NCBI RefSeq assembly: GCF_037042905.1
Contig: NC_087258.1
Location: 13,516,001-13,580,000, forward strand
DNA from: Lytechinus pictus
Lineage: Eukaryota
Direction of reading: 5' to 3'
Length of the DNA stretch: 64,000 bases
Positions 12,649-24,355 of this stretch are shown here, in pieces. The notes under the pieces were generated by a model, which ran no database searches, was not told the DNA's origin, and saw only the letters and a list, made by a program, of their open reading frames with translations. The stretch's first letter is position 1, and each line of letters starts with the position of its first letter. The position numbers and the translations under genes were made by a program.

Positions 12649-12947
12649 TCATCCATGACGGTTGCATGCACACACTCGTCCCTGTTCATCTGACGGAACT
12701 CTTTGATCCCTTCCAGGTAGGCTTCGGACTTCTCTCCAAGGGCAGGGTTGTTATCCATCATACCAGCGATCCAATCATAGCCCAGCAAGGGTTGAGTCGT
12801 GTTGCCATAGCTACGGTCATGGAGACTACCCTGAAGGGACACGGCCTGTGATAAGCTATCATCGCGGAGGGAACGAGGAAGGGGTCTGATGGGGGAGCTC
12901 TGGTGGCCTCTGTTCAGTCTATTGAGAAAGCTAACTCTCATAGGTGT
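12649..12947 (-). CDS. MIIP: MIIP-like, coding exon 3
   Basis: Contains RVSF and PLLGYDWIAGMMDN...EFRQMNRDEC, matching the MIIP signature LGYDWIAG...EFR..N.EEC. TTTAG acceptor, GA|GTAAGT donor. Confidence 0.9.
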
Positions 12948-13325
12948 CTAAACAATTTTTTTAAAAGCGAAAGCAGGAGGGGTTATATGAGTATGCATTG
13001 GATTTCTTTTTTATAAGTTATAAAAAAAAAATTATATCTATGAAAAGAATGCAAACAAAGCTTGTTCAGCAAAACAGGTCAAGTTACATTCAGTCATATT
13101 AAATCAAGTGACTGATGATTACTTAGTTTGGAAGGTCTGGGCATATATATGTTTACCGACATATTAAAGTAGACGATGTATCCATGTGAGAATTTTGAAG
13201 ACAATGTAGGGAAAAAAAAAACAATATAGAACCAGGGAGCCTGATAGAGCAGTATTTATAAAAAATAATAACTTTTGAAAAGTACTTAAGAGGCTTCTAG
13301 ATATAACCCTTTAGCATAATTTTAC

Positions 13326-13902
13326 CTTCTTTGGACGACACCCTGGTGTCAGAAGAATAGACCTTGGGTTTGGAGTGACCTCCCTTGACCTAGCAGCAGT
13401 CAATCGATCATTTCCTTGAGATAAAAGTTGCTCAACGTAACTTCCTTCACCAGCATTCTCCTCATAGTCATCATCACATCCCCGATGTCCTCTCTCATCA
13501 ATACTACCATTTGTTGTTTGAGCTGGTCTATGAGGACTCCTGCATCTTGAATCCCCCCTGTGTCGATTGGATTGCTTTCTAGAGGAATAATAAGAACTTG
13601 GACCCTCTCTGTTTGTGCGAGAGCGAGGGAGCGGTCTCTCCATGCTCCGCTGGCGTTTCGATTCAGACCCATGATGCATCAGGTTGGACCCTCTTCCGAT
13701 ATGACGCGGCGTATCCATGTCAGATTTGCGTTTGCCGGGTGTGTGCTCATCCGACCTCCCCCTTTCATGGAAAGTGCTGCCTCTCGGGTGGAAAGGTGAC
13801 CTTCTCGTTGACCTTGTAGGTGATCTTGTAGGTGATCTTGTAGGGTGTCTTATCGGAGTGCTGGTGAAATGGGAGTTCCCAGGAGGAACATGTCTCTGAG
13901 AG
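13326..13902 (-). CDS. MIIP: MIIP-like, coding exon 2 (low-complexity Ser/Arg/Pro-rich)
   Basis: Open frame inside the 231-aa ORF 13311-14006. TTAG|C acceptor restores the frame; AAG|GTAAA donor. Ends ...PRSILLTPGCRPKK. Confidence 0.75.
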
Positions 13903-14465
13903 CTAACGTGGGATAATGAAACAGACACGTGCATCACATAAAAATTGTGTTCAGTTGGATCATGCTTTACATCAAATTTCGAAATAATATGAAATAAAAT
14001 ATTCATGTGATAACATCAAGAAGCTGGGTAATAAATTAATAAACATGGCAAGAAAGATTCTGCTTTTACAAAGTCGGTTTCCCTATAAATCATATTTATA
14101 AAGTGTATTTTACTCAACATACATATAGTTACTGTAACTTACGGTAAGATATGAAATTTTGGGCACACTCAAGCATGACACATCTATGCGACCTAATGCA
14201 AAACTTCCAAAAGTCTGTGGGGGGATGGTCTCTAGAAAAAACCTTGTTTTGGTTTCACTTTCCAAAGTTTTGACAGTATGGATAAGAAGTGTTACTTCAG
14301 ATATTTACAACATTACTCCCTCAATTTGATTTTTGAAGACCAAATTGAAGACCAAATTGTTCATTACAGAGAACCTTGCCTCCATGACTTTTTATTGATT
14401 TGTGGGGGATGGTTACAATTTGATAAAGGAGTGTTCAAGCGAGTTCCTATAGCATGAATACCTAC

Positions 14466-14605
14466 TTGATACGTTCATTCTCCTCCTCTAACTCTCTTTG
14501 AGTTGGAAGCTTGCCTTTGAGGTAGGAATTAAGGACATGTTGTCTATCAATCAGCTCTCGATGTAGACTGTTGTACTGCTTCCGCAACTGGGTCAGGTCA
14601 TCCAT
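14466..14605 (-). CDS. MIIP: MIIP-like (migration and invasion inhibitory protein), coding exon 1
   Basis: MDDLTQLRKQYNSLHRELIDRQ..., a coiled-coil-like N-terminus. AA|GTAGGT donor, phase 2, compatible with the next exon. Confidence 0.75.
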
Positions 14606-14799
14606 CTTGAAATGAAAGCTCCATCCAAAGCAAAACGTATTAAGCCTCTGACATGAGATGAATAAGAAATTAAATATGTATACAGCACTGCATTCTGACA
14701 AACAAAAACAAACAATTAATGGCTACACATACATGCATGAGCTGTGCAACAAGTCAGCATTGATACTCATTCAATATCACATTTTAGTACCCTCAGGGA

Positions 14800-15150
14800 A
14801 ATGATGATGATGATGAAGATTAAGATGATGATGACGATGATGACAGAGACGAAGACTATGACAAAGATTATGATGTTGATGATGAAGATGAAGAAAATGA
14901 TGATTAGGATGATGATAATAAAGACACATGATGATGAGGATGAGGATAATGGTGATGATGATGATGAAGATGATGGTGATAAAGATGATAATGAAGACAC
15001 ACGATGAAAATGATGAAGATGATGAAGATGAAGAAAATGATGAAAATGATGAGGATGATGATGATAAAGGTGATAATGAAGACACATGATAATAAGGATG
15101 ATGATGGTGATGATGATGAAGATGAACACAATGATGATGATGGTGATGAG
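14800..15150. repeat. Degenerate (GAT)n microsatellite with higher-order duplications
   Basis: GAT/GAA-rich tract; recurring AAGACACA.GATGA units. Confidence 0.9.
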
Positions 15151-15849
15151 GCTTTTCTGAAAAAAAATCATGTGAATCACCAGAACTTTAAAAGGCTGCA
15201 TAAGGAAATGCAAACTTTGTAGACCTAGACCTAATTAAAGAGAGCAGAGATGGAGACAACAAAGTTCCGTCAATTTTTTTTTGTAAGCTTGTGATTTTTT
15301 TTAGTAGACTAGATGTAGGTCTAGATCTAATCTCTTTTTCTTATTTCTGTCACTTTAGATCTAAGTTAGATCTAACTTAGTCTTCACAGCAGTTCATATC
15401 ACATGATTCACATCACATCTCATCAGGTACGGAAATGAAGGACTTCTTCTCCTGCTCCTGTAGATTTTCCATTCTCCACTTCACTATTTGACAATTTATC
15501 TACACAGTTTTATGTGCATATTGAGAAAGTTGTTGAGTCTAGACTAGTCTAAATTTATTATAGTTTTTAAAAATAACGTTAGACTAGACAATATTTTTTC
15601 CAAAAACATATTAGTTACACTTTACAATTAGTAAATACAATGACATGTCAATTGTAATTTTGTAATGGTTCAAGGCAAGCTTTAGTTTGATTGAAGTGCC
15701 AGCTCATCGATTTGGCGAGATATTTCAATTTTCACCTTGCCAAGTCGACATGGCCATAGGGCATAACAATAATGTTAGGCGGCTTAGGCCTGAAACTGTG
15801 TGATTGTAAACTGCCTATTCAACTCGCTATAATCCGTCAATAATCTCGT

Positions 15850-16405
15850 TGCACAGGGCATCCGTGCGAAGTCTTCTCTCAAGTTCTGGATTGATCACAT
15901 CCCACCCTCCACCAATCTCCTTTATCCAAAGACACACATTCCCCTGTCATCCGATATGCGCTCATTGTCAGAGCCAAATTGCTTTCATCCACGTATCTAA
16001 CTCAATGTTGCCTCTACACATTAGGAAAGTCCTCCACCCGTACTTGCCCCTAGGCCCCTTTGTGACTCATATGACAAGACAGTAGAACACTTTGTCGGAT
16101 CTTGCTCTTCTCTTGGTCACCTCCGCCAAGACTTCATACGCAGAGTCGAGGAGTGTCTCACTGACCACCCAGATTACATGGACTTGTATACAGTTGATGA
16201 TCCACACCAATTTTCCTGTGCTACCTTATTAACCCATCAACCTGGTCTCCTTTCCGAAGTGAATAATAGTCTGCTCCTCAAATCTCTCTATTTTCTACAT
16301 AAAATTCATGACCACCGCTCCAACTTGATGCTGAATCTCTAACTTTCCGGACTGGGAATTGTTCTATTTGTTTCTGGGAATCTCCATAACAGCGGAGGGA
16401 TCACC
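15850..16405 (+). mobile_element. 3' end of a decayed non-LTR retrotransposon (ORF2 C-terminal CCHC knuckle)
   Basis: Frameshifted translation RAKLLSSTYLTQ...TCP/PLCDSYDKTVEHFVGSCSSL...KSLYFLHKIHDHRSNLM* resembles the C-x2-C...E.VEHF...C zinc knuckle at LINE ORF2 ends. Confidence 0.6.
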
Positions 16406-16551
16406 TAAATTAGTATGAGAGAGAGAGAGCTAGCTAGCCTAGCGCCTAGCCTGACCCACTCACACGTATTGCGAGGTTCCCCGTTTTGCTGCATTTCAGG
16501 CCAAAACGGAATAATAATCTTTATTTTGGTACAGTTCTTTTTATATATTTT

Positions 16552-17946
16552 TGTAACAGGTCAGGAAATATGTACAAAAGAGAGAGATATTTTCTACACG
16601 TGTATGTAAAACTGATCTGTTGAGAAGGTCCCTGAATGCATTGAAGCATTTGTATTGTCCCTGAAAGCATTGGACATGTATATGAAATTGAACCAGTCAA
16701 TGGTTTTGAGAAAACCAAAGTAGTGAACAGAGCTGACTTATTGATAATTCCAGAATCAATCCCAGAATCAATTGAATTGGTCCCTCATTCCAAGCCTGGG
16801 ACTCTTCCTACTTCAATGTCCAAGTAAGATAAACCGGATGATATCCCTAATGTGCAATGGAATGTAGGCGACATCGCCCAGGCTCTCAACCGCTCACAAG
16901 CCCCACCCTCATTTCCAGAAAATGATCAGCCTGTAGAGGAGCCTGTTTTGGAAGATGGAAATGAGCAGTCACAGACCAAACCGTATGAGGCATTTCTGAC
17001 TCCCATTCATGACTCGTTATTAGATGAAGAAACCGTCAATGAGGAGGAATCCCCCTTATCAGTGAGAATGAAGTGCCACAACCGGAACAAGAGAAGCCGA
17101 TGTCTCCCTGTCTTCGAAGGTCAACTCGCTCCACTGCGGGTAGAAATAATAACCCATATAATCTTCCGAGATCTGTTTTGAGCGAAGGGAATAACCTTTC
17201 ATCAAACATTTCAAATCTATTCAATGTATTAATCTGGTAACTATCATAATGGATATTGGAATTTATATAAATAAAATAATTCATACTTTGTAATTATTAG
17301 GTGTTTGATTTTGTTGCTGGGACAGCAACCATTTAGCAGGGGAGAAATGTAACAGGTCAGAAAATATGTACAAAAGAGAGAGAGATATTTTCTATGTGTA
17401 TGTAAAACTGATCTGTTGAGAAGGTCCCTGAATGCATTGAAGCATTTGTATTGTCCCTGAAAGCATTGTATTGAAGTAATCCCTTTTAATCAGAAATACT
17501 TCTGAGGAGATCCCTTCAGGGAAGTTCTCCTTGACCTTGGGTCAGTGAGGGTGATCTTGGGATAGCTTTCTTGATAGCTTGCTTGACACATGACCAAATG
17601 AGAGGGAAATAGACTGGCCACCCTCTTGCTTTGGGAGGTCAAGATTTTAGTTCTATTTTTGATGATCTATTAAATTGAAGGTCAAGGTGGTTTGAATTTG
17701 ATTGGTCTTCAGACTATCAAAAGCTGTGTATGGGTGGTCGAACCCTTGACTCGTCGATGATGCTATGTATGTGACTTTCAAATTCAATCTGCATGTAGTT
17801 TTGTCCTCCTTGAGAGGGGGTTGATCTACCCTCAAAAAGTCAAATTAAATGCCACATAAACTTGTATTTTTTTTTGTATTCATGCCTTTATCATGGTATT
17901 GTAATGACTGCGACTGTGTCATGCGTCATTTATACCTGCTGTCACA
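16552..17946 (+). mobile_element. Internally deleted LTR retrotransposon (Gypsy-like)
   Basis: About 120 bp of direct repeat starting TGTAACAG at 16552 and 17348. Polypurine tract AGCAGGGGAGAAA lies just before 17348. The 3' LTR ends CTGTCACA at 17946. TTTT flanks both sides (4-bp TSD). The internal remnant encodes acidic, then basic, post-integrase-like sequence. Confidence 0.8.
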
Positions 17947-18986
17947 TTTTTATGAAATAAAGACAAAAATCGATGAGCCCCGTCGGGGGGAATTTGCATT
18001 GTTAACCCCCTAATGTGACTGCACGATAGCGAGCCGTCTGTGTACGAGGAGAAATTTAAAAAATATTTAAAATGTTAAATTTAAAATAAAAAACTGCTCA
18101 AAACAGACGGCTGCCGCGCCGGCTGCCAGCTGTCTATATTACTATTACTAATACTAACCTCGCACCATGGACCGCGTTTGGCCGGCAGTGGATTTCTAAC
18201 TAGTGGGTCGCGCGTGCTGCGATCCCACTTGTCCACAACACACGACTTAAGTTTATGGCTTGATTTTTCTGTGCGCTGCGTCATGTATTGAACCCTTGAG
18301 TGAGCCTGACCAGCACAATAAACAACGTATCGGACTGAGCTAAGCTAAGAAAATGAGAACAAGATTCGCACAACACAACAAAGCTTTAACTAAGAGCAAC
18401 AATCGAATGATAACTTATTCACGTCCCCCAACATCATCAGAATTTAAACATTTAGGCCTAGATACATTCGAATTATAATATTCTCTTTTTTTTTCAAAGC
18501 AAAAGGAGATAAATAACTTACATTCAGCGACTTGGGAACAACTTTTGGTGAATTCTCTTCGTTTGACTTCACCGCGTTTGTTTACGTGAATTGCTTGAAG
18601 CACATGGTTCAATTTGATTGGTCGTTGAAAGATATTGGATGATTTGACTTGACAGTAGGGGTAACAAAGACTGGGCAAATGAAATGTCATATATTAAATT
18701 TATTGAATGAGAGTAATGTTGTATGTTTGTGTATATGTTTGAAAAATATATATTTTGAAAATTTCAAAATCCATTGCTTTAAATCAAACATACGTTATAT
18801 TCATGTAAAATTTTATCGAAATTATTGTTTTACATACAGTGTACCGGATTAAATTGGTGTTGTCCTACGTAGGCGTGGTCCGTGTACGTGTATGAGCTAG
18901 CTTCTGACGATTTATCTAGTCAAAAGACTCAAATCTTGTTTTTGTCATGTTGGTTGATCGACATAAATTTTAGAAACTTTGGTCCA

Positions 18987-19703
18987 ATGCGACGAGCTAA
19001 GGGTTCTCCCGAATGGGATCATCATCAATCTGCTCCATCAAATAAATCAAGTGAAGAAGAAAACATGCATTATGCAAGCGCATCACGAGCGAGAGAGAGG
19101 GATCGCAGAAGCCGAAGCTTCGGCAACCGAAGAGGCGTGTTTCGCTGCCTGTCAGGATCCGCAGCGAAGGTTTTGATTATCATTGCACTGGCGTTCGCCA
19201 TTTACAGTGTTGCCTCAAGCAGTGGGTACTTTGACAACAAAGCAGGTGAGATGGTTCAAAGTCGTCAGGGCGTACAAATGACCGTGGAGGAAAATGAGGA
19301 AATATTGTTTGCCCAAGACAGAGGACAAAATGGAGCACACAAAGGCAGATTTCCTGCTGCTGATGATGAAATTGAAAGCAGTGATGATGACAATGATGAT
19401 GGCTTTTCTGAGACTGAGGCCATTGAAGATGAACAAGAGCAAAATATCTTGAGAGAAACAGATGATGAACAACCTGAAAAGAGTTACGACAATGTTTTCA
19501 AGTACCATGTTTTGCAGACATTAACAAATACAGATCGCCTTCCCCATCTCAAAAAGAGATTTGAAGTGTGTTTGAAATCAATTCTTGAGAAGACTTCAGT
19601 TGATCTTCTCTTCTTTTTTGTGGTTGATGGACCAAGTAAAACCTATCTGGAAACAGCACTTCAAGATATCACAAATCTACAGATTTCAAAATCTAAATTT
19701 CAG
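18987..19703 (+). CDS. XXYLT1: Xyloside xylosyltransferase 1 (GT8), copy A, coding exon 1
   Basis: Type II membrane layout: basic tail, TM segment VLIIIALAFAIYSVA, acidic stem, then YHVLQTLT...KRFEVCLKSILEK...FFVVD. CAG|GTGATT donor, phase 0. The start could alternatively be the second Met (MHYAS). Confidence 0.88.
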
Positions 19704-20468
19704 GTGATTAGTCATGTTAAGGGCAGGGGTAAACCAAAACAAAAAGCTTCAGTGTCTGTACATAACTCGGTTTCGCTGAACTACATTGGCTGCAAGTGTG
19801 TCTTGGGATGGTAGTAAACATTTTTAAATTGTAAAAATGAATCCCAAGAAAGGATAGTGAAATTATAACCCTAAGTTCCTAACCTTCCCCCATTCAACCG
19901 TTCAAGTACTGAAATAGTAGTGGGCAAAGGGGACAGAGGAAGAACGAAGACAAGAAAAAAGAGGCCTTGGTTGTGTACATGTACTTGTGTAATTACATAA
20001 TACCAAAATTTGAAGGCTTCATTTACCTTATTGCCCCCTCCCAACAGCCCACCCCCTTCGGATGTGTGTCTAGTTTATACAAATTTTTGTCAGTATTTTC
20101 ATGTATCACATAAAGGTTGGGGGTTTTATTTTTCACTGTCATTGCAGGAACATTTATGGAAAGCTAACCAAAACAGATATCCACTTTTTCATGAATGGAA
20201 CTTTGGCCCAGCTGCTGAGGGCTTGAATCATGGCCATGGATACCCTATAGACTGGCGTCAATGCCTCTCTCATTGGCCTTTGTTATATTTTGAGCCCTTA
20301 TTCTTCATTTACGTGCCGTAATCTTAGAATACAAGAAAAGTGGCCTTGCCCTAAAATATGTTGAATGTTTTGCCATTTTCAGTGAACTCTGAGGAATTTA
20401 GAGGCTTAGGCTACTCTTATGATGTGTTGTAATCAATTTCTTGTGTTTGCTTTATATCCTCATTCCAG

Positions 20469-21143
20469 TTCATCTTCATGGACATTGATGGTCTGGCCAA
20501 AGACCTGGCCCCATTAGTTGAGATGATGCAGGAGCAGATCCAAGGCAACCATCCCTACTACAAGGACTCCATCTTCTTCCTCTCCACCATGCTCCACAAG
20601 GACCTCCTGCCGGAGTACGTCCATCGGATCATCATGCTAGACACCGACCTCAAGTTCATGAGCGACATCAAGGAACTCTTCGACCACTTTGACCGCTTCC
20701 GTGGCGATAACATCATGGGCATCGTCCATGAGCAGCAACCGGTGTACCGTCACATCTTCTCTCTGTACCGGTCGCAGAATCCGGGTACCCGCGTCGGGGG
20801 TCCCCCTCCAGATGGCCTCACAGGATTCAACAGCGGGGTCCTTCTCCTGGACATTGACAGGATTCGGAAGAGTGGTCACTTTGAGGAGTACCTTCGTCCA
20901 GAAAAGGTGGTGGAGCTTCGGGACAAGTTCCATTTTAAAGGTCACCTAGGTGATCAAGATTTCTACACATTAATCTCCATGGAAAAGGAAGATCTGTTTT
21001 ACAATCTTCCTTGCTCTTGGAATAAACAGCTTTGCTCATGGTGGAAAGATAAGGGCTATGCAAATATCTGGGACCAGTACTATCTGTGCAAGGAAAAAAT
21101 AAATATTTACCATGGTAACTGCAATACTCCAATACCTTTCTGA
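20469..21143 (+). CDS. XXYLT1: Xyloside xylosyltransferase 1 (GT8), copy A, coding exon 2
   Basis: TTCCAG acceptor. Motifs YY.DSIFFLS, DxD (LDTDLKF), EQQPVYRH, GFNSGV, FKGHLGDQDF, LPCSWNKQLCSWW and IYHGNCNTPIP are diagnostic of XXYLT1. Confidence 0.93.
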   Translation, partial: FIFMDIDGLAKDLAPLVEMMQEQIQGNHPYYKDSIFFLSTMLHKDLLPEYVHRIIMLDTDLKFMSDIKELFDHFDRFRGDNIMGIVHEQQPVYRHIFSLYRSQNPGTRVGGPPPDGLTGFNSGVLLLDIDRIRKSGHFEEYLRPEKVVELRDKFHFKGHLGDQDFYTLISMEKEDLFYNLPCSWNKQLCSWWKDKGYANIWDQYYLCKEKINIYHGNCNTPIPF

Positions 21144-22280
21144 AACCAGACCAAATTTTCATTAGGGGCAACAAGCCCCTATAAGCCCTTTAGGGAAGTT
21201 CACCTTGTCAAAAATTTGGATCTCGGCAACAAAAAGTGTCGACCCATAGAGTAGAAAGGGTTAACATTTACGATGTACCTCTTCAAAAATTTGATAAGCA
21301 TTGGGAGTTTTCACGTCATGATAAACAATAAAAGAAAACTTATTTTTTTCTTTGATTATTAAGTTTTGTTTGGCCCTAATTTTACGTTGTAGAAATTTGT
21401 ATTCATTTGGATGAAAAAATAAAAAGATTTATAAACCAATGCATAATTTAATGCCATACTCCTTTTTATCCCCCTTGGGCAAAACTGATAAACTGAAATA
21501 ATCCTATACCATTTACATTTATGTAAAGTAGACTGTCAGTGTACATTTCATGCATTTTTGAAATCTTGTATTGTGCAAGAAACAAACTTTTAATATCACA
21601 TTTCATTATAAGCAATAATTCTCAAATTCCAATGAATTGTATATTCTATACGTTCTTCCTTGCTATTGTAAAACATACTCTGAGTAGACAATTTTAGTTT
21701 TGTTTTCGTTGTCGGCTGTTTTTTCTACGAGGGATATCAAGCTTGGTGTTAGGTCGAGTTTTAGGTCAGCATGACACAAAACATAATAGGTGTTCACTCG
21801 ATGATGAGCTGTCAATAGTGTGATTTGACTCCTTTTTTTAACTAAGAAGAGGAGTTGGAGCTTAATGTGAGATGTCAGCGTGCTTATGTTTTCTGTTGTT
21901 TTAGAAAACAGTTGCCTTTATTCTTCCAACATCAGCTGGCCTTTTTAAAAATGAATTTTGTACTTATTTTTTCTTTGAGCAAGCAGATCCACTTTTTATT
22001 CTTCTTACTCTTTGAGTTACACATAATGTACTTACGTGGGCTGGAAATAATTTGTATATTTGGTAACATTGTAATATCTTATTTTAGAAATACATGTATG
22101 TATATTTGGTGGTGGAACAAGTTCGAAATCAGAAGTACCAGTGAATATTTCATTTTATATAGTAGGCCTACATAATTCACTGCCTAAAGTGTAAAATGTT
22201 TTTATGAAGACTTGTGAAGAATCATATACATCAGATACACATTTTATGAAAAAATGTAATTCTGCGTTGTGAACTTCTTT

Positions 22281-23070
22281 TTAAAGGAGAATGAAAGCCT
22301 TGAAACCAGCTGAATCCATATAAAAGAGAAAAATCAAAGAAACATATTGTTGAAAGTTTGAGGAAGATTGAATGAATAATAAGAAAGTTATGAGCATTTG
22401 AATATTGAGATCACTAATGCCATGTAGATCCTCCCATTGGCAATGCGACCAAGATCTGTGATGTCACACACGTACAACTCCCTCATTACTTTAGTACTTA
22501 TTTTACTTATATTCTCACTTTTATAGAGTCTATCACAAGGTGAGGTGTTCTCTTTATGAGAGGACAAGTACAGAGGTTTCACAACATTATATAATTGATG
22601 AATCGTTTGTCATATGATTAGAATGAGCAAAAAGAGATGTTTTGGGGTATATTTTCAGTGTCCAAAACTGGACAACTCTCCCCTTTTGGACACTGAAAAT
22701 GTACCCCAAAACATCTCTTTTTGCTCATTCTAATCATATGACAAACGATTCATCATTGATATAATGTTGTGAAACCTCTGTACTTGTCCTCTCATAAAGA
22801 GAACACCTCACCTTGTGATAGACTCTATAAAAGTGAGAATATAAGTGAAATAAGTACTAAAGTAATGAGGGAGTTGTACGTGTGTGACATCACAGATCTT
22901 GGTTGCATTGCCAATGGGAGGATCTACATGGCATTAGTGATCTCAATTTTCAAATGCTCATAACTTTCTTATTATTCATTCAATCTTCCTCAAACTTTCA
23001 ACAATATGTTTCTTTGATTTTTCTCTTTGATATGGATTCAGCTGGTTTCAAGGGTTTCATTCTCCTTTAA
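22281..23070. mobile_element. Near-perfect 790-bp palindromic MITE with TTAAAGG termini (Kolobok/T2-like)
   Basis: Arms 22281-22667 and 22684-23070 are reverse complements with few mismatches and a 16-nt loop. TTAA target site on both ends. The near-identical 64-aa ORFs on opposite strands confirm the symmetry. Confidence 0.9.
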
Positions 23071-23513
23071 GTTGACAATCAAAGACTTGTGATTGATTTT
23101 CTAACAGTGAAGAACTGTAGATAGGATGGCATGGAAATTGAATTATTTATTCTTATTTGAATAACAGACATTGAATAATGTATGCAGTACAAGATAATCC
23201 ACTGTTTCAGTATAATTGCCATAGATATTCATTGAATCATTGGTTATGTTTCATAGAGATATACGTACGCAATTTGCCCACAACTGAACACATGACTGGT
23301 AACCCTTTGCCTGTTGTAAATGAAATCCATATCTTCTTGTTTAGGGATTGAATTTCCAAAAGCCCTGTTCAAATTAGGACAAATTTTGAACTTTTCTTTC
23401 AGATGCTTGGTAACAAATAGAATTTCAATGAATGAAATTGGCTTTTATTTTAACTTATAATAAACTGACGGAAAGAAAATTGGTTGAGAATCTGATTTGG
23501 CATCCAAGAACAA

Positions 23514-23759
23514 GCCCCCGTCTTACAAAGCCAGTAACATCAACATCTAAACTGCATGTTTGTTCAAAATATTTTGTAGGTATGCTGTGTATGCATGCCC
23601 TCATCCTTTTCTTGAAAACTTTTCTTGAAAATTCAGTGTGCTTTTCTTTGTTTACATAGGACATTGAGCAAATTTCCTGTAGAATCAATTATGACATTGA
23701 TGGATTTCCATGCAGTTGAGGTTGATCGATTCCATCTTAAATCTTTGTAAGACAGGGCC
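23514..23759. mobile_element. PIF/Harbinger-like MITE, family 1 (internally deleted)
   Basis: GCCCCCGTCTTACAAAG...CTTTGTAAGACAGGGCC, with the internal sequence shared with 4483-4752 in reverse. Confidence 0.7.
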
Positions 23760-24170
23760 AGGTCACCAGTCATGCACAAAGTTACATGTATGCATAACTT
23801 AGGAATAGCCTTATGAAATACCACTCATCATGTAATATTGCACAAATCTATGAAGGTATATTTAAAGATATATGCTCAAATCTTTTATAAATCAAATTAT
23901 TGAACACTGGCTGGGAGTGAGTTTTCTTGGCCATAATGTAAACAACAAATCAAAGCATATATTATATGCAAAGTTCAAATCCAAAGAGATAAGAAAAGTA
24001 ATAAATTTTAATGTTATGGTCTAACTTATAAATTTGTAATGAAAACTCCAGAATTATGCACAAGCTCTGATCATTTGTGAACATTGTAATGAATAATAAT
24101 AATTATAGGCATTTATATAGCGCCTGGATCCATCTAGAAATATTCTATTCCAAGGCTAATTAACATGTAT

Positions 24171-24355
24171 CAGGGGTGTGAGAGTTCAGATTTTTAGCTG
24201 ATTTCAGATTTTTTTTTTTTTGATTTTCAGCTTAATTTCAGCTTATTTTTGGCCTTCTTCTGTACAAAAAGTATGGGAGCTCTTTCTATTTCAGACTTTT
24301 TCAACACTCTTCAGCTTTTTTCAGATCTTTTTATTTGTGACCACTCACACCCCTG
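24171..24355. mobile_element. MITE with CAGGGGTGTGAG TIR
   Basis: CAGGGGTGTGAG...CTCACACCCCTG flanked by ATGTAT on both sides; internal TTTCAG repeats. Confidence 0.7.

Noticed and set aside
14744-15222. Several overlapping ORFs rich in Met/Asp/Ile/Ser/His
   Set aside because: They are translations of a (GAT)n microsatellite; no splice or homology support.
16852-17181. 109-aa ORF as an independent gene
   Set aside because: Lies between LTR copies and upstream of a PPT; best explained as a remnant of the retrotransposon pol 3' end.
18882-19814. Single-exon reading of the 310-aa ORF (likewise 36671-37267 and 47007-47687 as separate genes)
   Set aside because: Consensus splice sites and XXYLT1 homology show that each ORF is one exon of a two-coding-exon gene.
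22388-22963. Two near-identical 64-aa ORFs on opposite strands
   Set aside because: An artefact of the palindromic MITE; no recognisable protein.
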